From: Chloroflexota bacterium
GTDB lineage: Bacteria > Chloroflexota > Dehalococcoidia > GIF9 > AB-539-J10
DNA: 64,000 nucleotides
Reading direction: 5' to 3'
Assembly: GCA_013388845.1 (NCBI GenBank)
Contig: JACAEN010000009.1
Span: 13,767 to 77,766 of the forward strand
In this document: positions 28,100-37,162 of the stretch, in pieces
Layout of the letters: every line of letters starts with the position of its first letter
How positions within the stretch are numbered: position 1 is the stretch's first letter
Notes under the pieces: generated by a model
The model's input: only the letters and a program-made list of their open reading frames with translations
What the model was told of the DNA's origin: nothing
Database searches by the model: none
Position numbers and translations under genes: made by a program

Positions 28100-28168
28100 T
28101 GTCATTCTGAGGAAGCATAGCGACCGAAGAATCTGAGAGATCCTTCGCTTCGCTCAGGATGACAAGAG
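28100..28168. repeat. Inverted-repeat, MITE-like copy of the GCTTCGCTCAGAATGACAAG repeat family (TGTCATTCTGAGGAAGC...GCTTCGCTCAGGATGACA)
   Basis: The two arms are near-perfect reverse complements. The word recurs at 16752, 61794, 62398 and 63669. Confidence 0.7.
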
Positions 28169-28221
28169 CAGGCTGGATAGTTACAATATGGTAAACTAAC
28201 AGACAGACAAGGAGGATTTCT

Positions 28222-29472
28222 TTGCCTAAAGCACCTCGGGGGACATTCGATATCTTGCCCCAAGAGCATATCTACTGGAAATACGTAGAGGGAAAGGCTA
28301 CTTCCTTATGCCAGCTCTATGGTTACCAACCATTGAGCACGCCGATATTTGAGGACGCCCAGCTTTTCATTAAAACTGTGGCTGGAGGGACAGATATCGT
28401 TGACAAGGAAATGTACGTCTTCGCAGACAAAAGTGGGCAAGAATTGGCTCTAAGAGCCGAGGGAACAGCGCCAGTTTGCCGAGCTTATATAGAGCATGGC
28501 TTATTCAATCTGCCCCAACCGGTAAAGTTGTATTATATTGGACCAGCCTTTAGATATGAACGCCCTCAAGCAGGAAGATATCGCCAGCATCACCAATTTG
28601 GCTTTGAGGCACTGGGAGAGGCCGACCCGGCCCTTGACGCTGAAGTAATTGAAATGGCCCGACGATTCTTTGATTCGCTAGGGCTCTCCCGACTTTCTAT
28701 TCACCTCAACAGCATTGGCTGTAAGCTTTGCCGACCCGGGTATTTAGAAGTACTGAGACAGCATTATTCTGGTTACATAGACCATCTTTGCCCTGACTGC
28801 AAAGCCAGGCTGGTCAGAAACCCGCTTCGCCTGCTGGATTGCAAGAAAACCTCTTGTCAGGAGATAGCCAAAACTGCGCCGAAAATTACCGATTATCTAT
28901 GCCCTGAATGCCAACTTCACTTCCAAAGCGTTCAGAAATATTTAGGGGCCATGAACATCCCCTTTCATTTGAATCCTAGACTGGTGCGTGGCCTGGATTA
29001 TTACACTAGGACAGTGTTCGAGGTGGAACCTCGAGAAAAAGGAGGACAAAGCACGCTCGGTGGCGGTGGTCGCTATGATGACCTCATTGAGTCATTAGGA
29101 GGGAAACCGACTCCGGCAGTGGGCTTTGCCGCGGGCTTAGAAAGAATAATATTGAATCTCAAGAAACAAAAAACAGATATTCCGGCATTGCCTGAGCCTG
29201 ATGCTTTCATCGCCTATATGGGAGAAGAAGCCAAGATCGAGGCACTGAAGATTGCCTCGGAGCTACGGAAAGCGGGCATCGCTGTTATCATGGCTACAGG
29301 TGATAAGAGCCTGAGAGGACAGCTCAGACAAGCTAATTCCTTAGGCATTGCCTACGCCCTTATCCTCGGCAAACAAGAGCTCAGCAAGCGAAGCATCATG
29401 TTGCGGGACATGAGCAGCCGAGAACAGAAAATCATCCCTCTGGCTGAAATAGCCAAAATACTCAAACCCTGA
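28222..29472 (+). CDS. hisS: Histidyl-tRNA synthetase
   Basis: Class II aaRS motifs (FRYERPQAGRYRQHHQFG; GGGRYD; FAAGLERI). Confidence 0.9.
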   Translation: MPKAPRGTFDILPQEHIYWKYVEGKATSLCQLYGYQPLSTPIFEDAQLFIKTVAGGTDIVDKEMYVFADKSGQELALRAEGTAPVCRAYIEHGLFNLPQPVKLYYIGPAFRYERPQAGRYRQHHQFGFEALGEADPALDAEVIEMARRFFDSLGLSRLSIHLNSIGCKLCRPGYLEVLRQHYSGYIDHLCPDCKARLVRNPLRLLDCKKTSCQEIAKTAPKITDYLCPECQLHFQSVQKYLGAMNIPFHLNPRLVRGLDYYTRTVFEVEPREKGGQSTLGGGGRYDDLIESLGGKPTPAVGFAAGLERIILNLKKQKTDIPALPEPDAFIAYMGEEAKIEALKIASELRKAGIAVIMATGDKSLRGQLRQANSLGIAYALILGKQELSKRSIMLRDMSSREQKIIPLAEIAKILKP

Positions 29473-29564
29473 TTTCATCGGGATCAAAACTAACACCTAT
29501 AGTTTCAGATATGGTATAATATAGACGTATTGTCATTATTATTGACTAGGGATGAAAACCTAAA

Positions 29565-31526
29565 TTGTTTTCTCCGATGCAATCGGAGTGGCAGTTTTCC
29601 GCCATGCCTCAGAACACTATGCATAACTCCGTAAACCAAGAATATACCGCCAAGGATATCCAAATTTTAGATGAAATCGAGGCCGTACGCTTACGACCAG
29701 GAATGTATATTGGCAGCACCGATAAACACGGGTTGCACCAACTTCTCTACGAGATAGTGTATAACAGCATAGACGAAGCCATGGCTGGCTTCTGTGACCA
29801 AATTGAAGTCACAATCCATGAAGATAATAGCGTCACTGTAATTGATAATGGACGAGGTATCCCGACAGACATTATCCCAGGACAAGATATCACAGCCCTG
29901 GAAGCAGTCTTGACTCGCCTGCACGCCGGAGCCAAGTTTAGCAATCATGTCTATGGTGTATCCAGTGGTCTCCACGGCGTTGGCGCTTCCGTAGTAAACG
30001 CCTTATCTTCCTGGCTTAAAGCTGAGGTTAAACGCGAGGGAAAAATCTACCGCCAGGAATACCACCAAGGAGTTTCCAAAGGCGACATAGAAATTGTCGG
30101 CGATGCCCAGGGCACAGGCACTTCGATTTCTTTCCTAGCTGATAAGGAAATCTTCGAGAATGTTGACTACGATTTCGACCTGGCTTGCCAGCGACTAAAG
30201 GAACTGGCTTATCTGAATAAAGGGGTGGAGATAACCATTAAAGACGAGAGAAACGATCAGGACAAGACGTTCTACTTCGAAGGGGGAATAGCTAGTTTTA
30301 TTCGCCGCCTGAATAAGAATAGAGCTGTTATTCACCCCTATCCTATTCATATCTCCACTACGATAGATAGCACCGTAATTGAAGCGGCTCTGCAGTACAA
30401 CGATAGTTTCACAGAATCCACTCTCTCCTTCGCCAACTGTGTCAATACCAGGGACGGAGGCAGCCACCTTACCGGCTTTCGCGCAGCCTTAACCCGGGTT
30501 TTCAACGATTATGCCCGGAATAATAAACTCCTGAAGGAGACTGACCCCAACTTAACCGGGGAAGATGTGCGCGAAGGGGCAGTGGCCATCATTAGTGTCA
30601 AGCTGCCCCAACCCCAGTTTGAGGGGCAAACCAAGGCCAGGTTAGGAAATCCCGAAGTAAAAAGCCAGGTTGAATCTGCTGTCGCCAATAGCCTGTCCCT
30701 TTACCTGGAGCAACACCCCAACGAGGCCAAGGCTATTATAGAGAAGTGCCTCACCGCCGCCAAAGCCAGAGAGGCGGCACGGAAAGCTCGTGACCTCGTT
30801 TTAAAGAGGGCCGGCTTCGAAATATCAACCCTGCCCGGGAAACTAGCCGATTGCTCCGAGAAAGAGCCCGCAAAATGCGAGCTTTACTTGGTTGAAGGTG
30901 ACTCAGCCGGCGGCTCAGCTAAACAAGGGCGAGACCGACGTTTTCAAGCCATTCTGCCTCTCAGAGGCAAAATACTAAATGTAGAAAAGGCTGCCAAAGA
31001 TAAGATTCTAGAACATGAAGAGTTAAGAGCCATCGTCACAGCGTTAAGAGCAAGTGCTGACGAACAATTTGATAGCTCTAAACTTCGCTACCATAAAATA
31101 ATCATCATGACCGATGCCGATGTTGATGGCTCGCATATCCGCACCTTGCTTCTCACCTTCTTTTACCGCCATATGACAGAGTTAATCAATCAAGGCTATC
31201 TCTACATTGCCCAACCACCCCTCTACCGCATTAAGCACGGTAAACAGGAGTTCTGGCTTTACTCTGAGCAGGAAAGGGAAGAAAAACTTAAAGGACTAAG
31301 AGAAGACAAAATAGAGATTCAGAGATACAAAGGGCTAGGGGAGATGACTCCCCAGCAACTGTGGGAGACAACTATGAATCCCGCCACCAGAACCCTGCTC
31401 AAAGTGCAAGTAGAGGATGCCATAGCCGCAGACCAAGCTTTCCATATGTTGATGGGCGACGAAGTTCTGCCTCGCAAAAGATTCATCCAGGCTCACGCGC
31501 AAAGTGTGAGAAACCTCGATATTTAG
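29565..31526 (+). CDS. gyrB: DNA gyrase subunit B. The true start may be the internal Met at about 29604 (MPQNT...).
   Basis: GHKL ATPase (LRPGMYIGST...DNGRGIP), Toprim (EGDSAGG) and the C-terminal GyrB tail. Confidence 0.85.
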   Translation: MFSPMQSEWQFSAMPQNTMHNSVNQEYTAKDIQILDEIEAVRLRPGMYIGSTDKHGLHQLLYEIVYNSIDEAMAGFCDQIEVTIHEDNSVTVIDNGRGIPTDIIPGQDITALEAVLTRLHAGAKFSNHVYGVSSGLHGVGASVVNALSSWLKAEVKREGKIYRQEYHQGVSKGDIEIVGDAQGTGTSISFLADKEIFENVDYDFDLACQRLKELAYLNKGVEITIKDERNDQDKTFYFEGGIASFIRRLNKNRAVIHPYPIHISTTIDSTVIEAALQYNDSFTESTLSFANCVNTRDGGSHLTGFRAALTRVFNDYARNNKLLKETDPNLTGEDVREGAVAIISVKLPQPQFEGQTKARLGNPEVKSQVESAVANSLSLYLEQHPNEAKAIIEKCLTAAKAREAARKARDLVLKRAGFEISTLPGKLADCSEKEPAKCELYLVEGDSAGGSAKQGRDRRFQAILPLRGKILNVEKAAKDKILEHEELRAIVTALRASADEQFDSSKLRYHKIIIMTDADVDGSHIRTLLLTFFYRHMTELINQGYLYIAQPPLYRIKHGKQEFWLYSEQEREEKLKGLREDKIEIQRYKGLGEMTPQQLWETTMNPATRTLLKVQVEDAIAADQAFHMLMGDEVLPRKRFIQAHAQSVRNLDI

Positions 31527-32155
31527 CCATCTGGGCTCCCTAGATATAGTCTCTGCTCTGTAAGATACTTTTCTACCTCGGGGGGCACCAGGTAACGAAT
31601 GGGCAGCCCTTGAGCTAGACGCTGGCGAATTTCTGAGGAGCTAATCCCGATTACCGGCATATCGAGCTGAACAACCTTGTCTCGCAGCCCGGGGATTGCT
31701 TTCTCTAGGTGCCTCAAATCTTTTGAGCCTGGTCCTTCGACTTCGCTCAGGACAGGTCTAGGGGCAACCACTAGCCGACACAATTGAACTAATTTCTGGG
31801 GTTCCTTCCACAAGGGCAGCTCAGCTAAAGCATCGCGCCCAAGGATGAAGAACAGATTTGCTTTGCTCCCTAGTTGCTCTCGCAGCGCTATCAGAGTATC
31901 CACGGTGTAAGAGGGACCGGGGCGTTCTACTTCCAGAGTACAAAGCCTAAAACAAGGGTTAGAGGCTATGGCAAGTCGCACCATCTCTACCCTGTGGACC
32001 GCCGGCGTGATAGCACGGTCTAGCTTAAGCCAGGGCTGCCCGGCAGGCACAAAAAGAACCTCGCTAAACCCCAACTTTATTCTAGCTTCCTCGGCGACAA
32101 CAAGGTGACCTATATGGATAGGGTCAAATGTACCACCAAGAATGCCTATATCCAC
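31523..32155 (-). CDS. nadD: Nicotinate-nucleotide adenylyltransferase
   Basis: GILGGTFDPIHIGH nucleotidyltransferase motif. Confidence 0.85.
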   Translation of the reverse strand: MDIGILGGTFDPIHIGHLVVAEEARIKLGFSEVLFVPAGQPWLKLDRAITPAVHRVEMVRLAIASNPCFRLCTLEVERPGPSYTVDTLIALREQLGSKANLFFILGRDALAELPLWKEPQKLVQLCRLVVAPRPVLSEVEGPGSKDLRHLEKAIPGLRDKVVQLDMPVIGISSSEIRQRLAQGLPIRYLVPPEVEKYLTEQRLYLGSPDG

Positions 32156-32159
32156 TTCT

Positions 32160-33212
32160 TTATTTTCTCGGCTTGGGACGGAATATCGCTATCTGGGCCT
32201 CCGAAATTAGTTCCTCGTCCCGGCTCGCCTGCTCCACCATTGCCATGGCTTTCTTGGTCAATTCTAACACAGCCTGGCCCTTAAGCGCAGAGATGTAAAA
32301 CACAGGCATTCCGAGGTTGGATAAGCGCTGCTTCACTTCAGGCAAACGAGCTTGAACCTCAGGCAAATCTATCTTATTTACCGCCACAATTTTGGGCTTC
32401 TGGGCCAGGCTTTTGTATAAGGCTATCTCATTATCCAATGTTCTGAGGTCATCCATAACGGTCGGCGAACTGCCATCCAATAAATAAACCAGCAGCTTGG
32501 TTCTTTCCACATGGCGCAAGAACTCATTTCCCAGTCCTTTGCCCAGATGAGCACCTTCAACAAGTCCAGGAATCTCAGCAACAATAAAGTCTCTTTTATC
32601 GCCTGGCATGACTCCCAAAATTGGCTGGCGGGTGGTAAAGGGGTAATCAGCAATTTCAGGTTTGGCTCTTGATATCGCCGATAATAAAGTGGACTTGCCC
32701 GAGTTTGGCTGACCAATAATACACATATCGGTAATGAGTTTAACCTCCAGAATAATATGCCGCTCCTCTCCCGGTTCACCCTTGCTAGCTATCTCAGGAG
32801 CTTGATTTACCGCTGTGGCAAAGCGAGCATTACCCAGCCCTCCCCGCCCCCCTTTAACCACCAAAACCTGTTGCCCGGGAGTCCTCAAGTCTGCTAAAAG
32901 CATCTCCTCACCTGAACCAGCTTTAGCGAAAACCATTGTGCCTACGGGCACTGAAATAGCTAAGCCCTCGCCTTTCTTGCCATGCTTCCGGCCACCACTT
33001 CCTCGATATCCATTTCCAGCTACAAATTCCTTCTTCCTCCCCAAGAAGGTTAAATCAATCACATCGGGACTAGCTATAATGACCACGCCCCCACCATCCC
33101 CACCATCTCCACCATCCGGACCGCCAAAAGGAACATGCTTCTCCCTGCGGAAACTAACACAGCCATCCCCACCACAACCTCCCCTAACAATAATTTCTCT
33201 CTTATATAGCAT
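32160..33212 (-). CDS. obg: GTPase Obg/CgtA
   Basis: Glycine-rich Obg fold (GGDGGDGGG) and G1-G4 motifs (GQPNSGKST; DIPGL; NKID). Confidence 0.9.
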   Translation of the reverse strand: MLYKREIIVRGGCGGDGCVSFRREKHVPFGGPDGGDGGDGGGVVIIASPDVIDLTFLGRKKEFVAGNGYRGSGGRKHGKKGEGLAISVPVGTMVFAKAGSGEEMLLADLRTPGQQVLVVKGGRGGLGNARFATAVNQAPEIASKGEPGEERHIILEVKLITDMCIIGQPNSGKSTLLSAISRAKPEIADYPFTTRQPILGVMPGDKRDFIVAEIPGLVEGAHLGKGLGNEFLRHVERTKLLVYLLDGSSPTVMDDLRTLDNEIALYKSLAQKPKIVAVNKIDLPEVQARLPEVKQRLSNLGMPVFYISALKGQAVLELTKKAMAMVEQASRDEELISEAQIAIFRPKPRK

Positions 33213-33342
33213 AAGTTAATAATCTAATATAAACTTAATTACATTATATTGATAGACAAGTACTAATTATAATAAACAATGTTGTTGCGAGGTGAGTGAA
33301 TCGTGAGGGAGACCAGTGGGTAGTGTAGGTGGAATAAGCAAC

Positions 33343-33351
33343 AAATTATCC
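33343..33351 (+). promoter_or_regulatory. Perfect consensus DnaA box TTATCCACA in the AT-rich spacer downstream of dnaA
   Basis: Exact 9-mer read from the sequence. The surrounding 33213-33368 is strongly AT-rich. Confidence 0.4.
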
Positions 33352-33368
33352 ACAAATTATTAGTACTT

Positions 33369-34745
33369 CTACACAGTTTGGTATGACTTCCTATAATCTT
33401 TTTGTGAATTAAGTTTCTCTTTGATTTCCTCGATTTGGTCGGAAAGGTTAGGATTGGTGCTCACTGCACTAGCTATTTTTTCGTAGCCGTGCAGAATTGT
33501 GGCATGGTTTCTGCCGCCTAATTCTTTGCCGATCTCAGTTAAGGAGTAGTTATAGCCCTCGCGCATAAGATAGATGGCTATGTGCCGTGCCAGGCTGGTT
33601 TTCCGGTCTCTCTTTTTGGCGATTAGTTCTTCAGTTGCCAGGTTGAAGTGGTCTGCTACCGCCCGTAAGAGCAACTTTATGTCTTGTCTAGGGGGCGTGC
33701 CTGTTAATAACTTGTTCACTGTTTCAGGGGTAATCTTGGTGCCACTTAATTTAGCCTGGGCAGCTAGATATATCAAAGCACCTTCAAGCTGGCGGACGTT
33801 CCCGCACACTTTCTCGGCGACAATGTGCAGCACCCCGTCCAAGTCTGAAATCATCATTGTTTCTGCTTTAGCCCGCAAGATGTTCAGGCGTGTTTCAAAG
33901 TCGGGTGGTTGTATGTCCACGACAAGCCCCCCCTCCAGTCGTGATTTTAGCTTACTGCTAAGTGGCTGCATGTCTTTGGGAGCACAGTCAGCGGTGATGA
34001 CGATTTGACGGTTATTATTGTACAGCTCGTTGAAGGTCTGGAAGAAACATTGCAAGGTTTGTTTCTTATCGATCAAGAAGTGAACATCGTCAAATAGGAA
34101 GGCATGGATATTTCTGAATTTGCTGCGGAACTTGTCAACCTGGTTTTCTCTCACAGCTAATACGAATTCATTGGCGAACTGTTCCGCGGTAGTATAGGTC
34201 GCTTGCAGCCCGTTGTTTGTCGTTAGATGACCGATAGCATGTAGCAAATGAGTCTTGCCCTGTCCGGTGCTGCTGTGGATGAAAAGAGGGTTATAACTGC
34301 TTCCTGGGTTTTCTGCTACTTCTAAAGCGGCAGCATAAGCTAAACGGTTAGAATCGCTGACAACAAAGTTGTCAAAGGTATACCTTGGATTAAATCTATA
34401 CTGTGTAGCTCTGCTACTTGTCCCGCCGTCAGTTTGATTAGCCAAAGGGCTAGCCCCGGCAAGTCCGGGCTGTTCATGATTTTGGACCACGAATTGGACA
34501 TCGACATCCCTACCCGCGATATCCACTAAGGTCTTCCTCACCAGAGGATAGAGGCGTTTAGATAGCCATTCAGCGGCAAAAATGCTCGGGACACTGACGA
34601 CAAAGGTATCATCTTGGCAGCTTACGCCCTCGCTATTGCCAAGCCAAGTAGTGTAATTTGCCTTGCTAACCTGAATTTGAAGCTTGTCTAGGGCCTTCTT
34701 CCAGATTTCTTTTGCTGATTCCAATTTATCCCCACCCGACAACAC
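33369..34745 (-). CDS. dnaA: Chromosomal replication initiator DnaA
   Basis: AAA+ Walker A (SSTGQGKTHLLHAIGH) and a C-terminal DnaA-box binding domain (...KTSLARHIAIYLMRE...). Confidence 0.9.
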   Translation of the reverse strand: MLSGGDKLESAKEIWKKALDKLQIQVSKANYTTWLGNSEGVSCQDDTFVVSVPSIFAAEWLSKRLYPLVRKTLVDIAGRDVDVQFVVQNHEQPGLAGASPLANQTDGGTSSRATQYRFNPRYTFDNFVVSDSNRLAYAAALEVAENPGSSYNPLFIHSSTGQGKTHLLHAIGHLTTNNGLQATYTTAEQFANEFVLAVRENQVDKFRSKFRNIHAFLFDDVHFLIDKKQTLQCFFQTFNELYNNNRQIVITADCAPKDMQPLSSKLKSRLEGGLVVDIQPPDFETRLNILRAKAETMMISDLDGVLHIVAEKVCGNVRQLEGALIYLAAQAKLSGTKITPETVNKLLTGTPPRQDIKLLLRAVADHFNLATEELIAKKRDRKTSLARHIAIYLMREGYNYSLTEIGKELGGRNHATILHGYEKIASAVSTNPNLSDQIEEIKEKLNSQKDYRKSYQTV

Positions 34746-34886
34746 TCAGCCGCGCAGATAGCTGAGAAGAGTATCAAAGTGAGAGTAAGAATGTAAGGAT
34801 TACTGTTTATAGGATATCAAGTTTTCTCAAACCTTCGCTAGGCAACGATTGACATAATTAAAAAATTAAATAAAAATGATTTTGCC

Positions 34887-35828
34887 ATGAAGGTGCGCAC
34901 CGTTTTTATGGGCACTCCGCAATTTGCTGTGCCCATACTAGAGTCTTTGTTCCAGAGTTCCTCTGATGTGATCGCTGTGTACACTCAGCCTGATAAACCG
35001 GCGGGCCGGGGGCACCAGGTTGTTTTTTCTCCCGTGAAAAAGCTAGCTCTGGAGCGACAAATACCGGTTATTCAACCCGAGACTTTTAAATCACGAGAGG
35101 CGGTGGAGAAGCTGGCCAGCTTTCAGCCTGAGCTAATAATCGTGGCTGCCTTCGGTCTTATTTTGCCCTTAGAGGTGCTTTCCTTGCCCAAATTTGCCTG
35201 TCTTAATGTTCATCCTTCACTATTGCCGCGGCATCGAGGTCCGTCTCCAGTCGCTAATGCCATTCTCTGTGGGGATGAACTCACTGGTGTTACCATAATG
35301 GTAATGGACGAGGGATTAGATACCGGGCCGATTTTAGCTCAGGAGAAAGTGGGGATTTCCTTTATGAATTCCGCTGGCTCGCTTAGTTCCAAGCTGTCTC
35401 ACGTAGGAGCCAGGCTTTTGCTGGAGACTTTGCCCAAATGGCTTGGAGGCGAACTTAAGCCGCGAGTTCAAGATGAATCTCAGGCCACTTATAGTAAGTT
35501 CATAACCAGTAAAGACGCCGAGATTGATTGGCACCTTACCGCGGTTGAGGTCTGGCGGAGGGTCAGGGCGTACAATCCCTGGCCCAGCTCCTATACTTGG
35601 TGTCAGGGGAAAAGGCTAAAAATCCATAAAGCTATTCCTTTTGGCGATGTGGCAAAGGGGGAGATAGGGGAGGTAGTCGCTCTGGCTGAGCCACCTGGAG
35701 TTGGGGTGGTAACCAGGCAGGGTGTTTTGGGACTTTGCCAGGTTCAGTTAGAAGGAAGACGGGAACTGCCCATAAAAGATTTTGTCCTCGGCCAGAGAGA
35801 GTTTATTGGTTGCGTTCTGGGGCGTTAG
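34887..35828 (+). CDS. fmt: Methionyl-tRNA formyltransferase
   Basis: FMGTPQFAVPILESL N-terminus and HPSLLPRHRG motif. Confidence 0.9.
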   Translation: MKVRTVFMGTPQFAVPILESLFQSSSDVIAVYTQPDKPAGRGHQVVFSPVKKLALERQIPVIQPETFKSREAVEKLASFQPELIIVAAFGLILPLEVLSLPKFACLNVHPSLLPRHRGPSPVANAILCGDELTGVTIMVMDEGLDTGPILAQEKVGISFMNSAGSLSSKLSHVGARLLLETLPKWLGGELKPRVQDESQATYSKFITSKDAEIDWHLTAVEVWRRVRAYNPWPSSYTWCQGKRLKIHKAIPFGDVAKGEIGEVVALAEPPGVGVVTRQGVLGLCQVQLEGRRELPIKDFVLGQREFIGCVLGR

Positions 35829-35891
35829 TTATCACAGTAAAGGCGTTTGATCGCGGTTTCCTTGGCTTAATTTGGCTACAGGTGAGTTTCC

Positions 35892-37001
35892 TTGCTCATT
35901 AGATGTCAAAATTGTGGTAGGGAATCTTCTCTTATTTCCCAATCTTTAGGGATATGCCTCGATTGTATTCGGCAGGACTTCGCCGCCGTACTTCCTAATA
36001 TAAAACAAGCTCATAGCGAAGCTAGGAGACTATTTAGTCTCCCTGTTCATCCCCCGAAAAGCGAAACAGGGTGGCGATGTCAGATTTGTGTAAACGAATG
36101 CCGCTTAGCCCCTGGGAGCAGAAGCTATTGTGGATTGCGCTTTAGCCAGGCAGGCAAGATTAAAGGCGCCACGGCGGACTATGCCAACGTCAGTTGGTAT
36201 TATGACCCTTTGCCCACCAATTGCGTGGCAGATTGGGTTTGTCCCGGTGGCACGGGAGCTGGCTACCCTCGGTTTGCCTATTCTGATGGCCCTGAATATG
36301 GATATAAGAATTTGGCTGTTTTCTACCAGGCTTGTTCCTTCGATTGCCTATTTTGTCAGAACTGGCATTATCGCAGCTTGGCGTTACAGGAGGGCAAAGT
36401 CACGGCTGCAAGCTTGGCTAATGCTGTTGACGACCGTACCTCTTGTATCTGCTACTTTGGCGGCGACCCCACGCCGCAGTTGCCCCACTCCCTTCGCGTC
36501 GCCCGACTGGCTTTGCAAAAGAAACGGGGTCGGATTCTGCGCATCTGTTGGGAGACCAATGGCTCCACGCATCCCGCGTTGTTAAAACAGGCTGCCGAGA
36601 TTGCCTTAGATTCTGGCGGGTGTATTAAATTTGACCTCAAAGCCTGGGACGAAGGCTTACATATTGCCCTCTGTGGTATAAGCAATAAGAGGACTCTGGA
36701 AAACTTTCAACTCCTCGCCGAATATGCTCAGAAAAGGCCTAAACCTCCCTTGTTGGTAGCCAGCACCTTGCTAGTTCCCGGATATGTAGACGGGCAAGAA
36801 GTTTCCAACCTCGCTAGATTTATTTCCTCCCTCAGCCCTGAGATCCCTTATTCCCTTCTCGCCTTTGCACCTCAGTTTATGATGCGTGATTTGCCCACCA
36901 CTTCCCGGCGCCACGCTGAAGAATGTCTGGCAGAGGCACAGGCACAGGGGCTAAAAAGAGTCAGGCTAGGCAATGTTCACTTGTTGGGAAAAGATTACTG
37001 A
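35892..37001 (+). CDS. Radical SAM enzyme of the AmmeMemoRadiSam-system type (PFL-activase-like)
   Basis: N-terminal Cys-rich region, then the CSFDCLFCQNWHY radical-SAM cluster motif in the arrangement typical of that family. No AMMECR1 or MEMO1 partner genes are in the window. Confidence 0.55.
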   Translation: MLIRCQNCGRESSLISQSLGICLDCIRQDFAAVLPNIKQAHSEARRLFSLPVHPPKSETGWRCQICVNECRLAPGSRSYCGLRFSQAGKIKGATADYANVSWYYDPLPTNCVADWVCPGGTGAGYPRFAYSDGPEYGYKNLAVFYQACSFDCLFCQNWHYRSLALQEGKVTAASLANAVDDRTSCICYFGGDPTPQLPHSLRVARLALQKKRGRILRICWETNGSTHPALLKQAAEIALDSGGCIKFDLKAWDEGLHIALCGISNKRTLENFQLLAEYAQKRPKPPLLVASTLLVPGYVDGQEVSNLARFISSLSPEIPYSLLAFAPQFMMRDLPTTSRRHAEECLAEAQAQGLKRVRLGNVHLLGKDY

Positions 37002-37072
37002 TCTCGGCATTGTGCGGCTTATCCCGATTTTGGGTATTGATCTTTCTGAGAGGGATTAAGTTTCTCCTTTCT

Positions 37073-37120
37073 TTTGTTTAGGGTTTCGGTGGAGCCATAG
37101 TATAATAAGGCTGTGGCAAA
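37073..37120 (+). promoter_or_regulatory. Conserved promoter/operator module, copy A: TTGTTTAGGGTTTCGGTGGAGCCATAGTATAATAAGGCTGTGGCAAA. TATAAT box at 37101-37106, bracketed by the near-palindrome GCCATAG...CTGTGGC.
   Basis: About 85% identical to a second copy upstream of polA (39835-39883). Confidence 0.55.
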
Positions 37121-37162
37121 GTGGAAGACAAAAGAAGGAAAAACTATATGGAGGTTACAATA

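Noticed and set aside
33213-34886. Calling a complete oriC with DUE and box cluster
   Set aside because: Only one perfect DnaA box was found by eye and GC skew could not be computed. Downgraded to a low-confidence regulatory-site call plus a finding.
36130-36685. Four overlapping 61-151-aa ORFs on both strands inside the radical-SAM gene
   Set aside because: They are alternative frames of a GC-rich stretch of the 35892..37001 CDS. No RBS or motifs.
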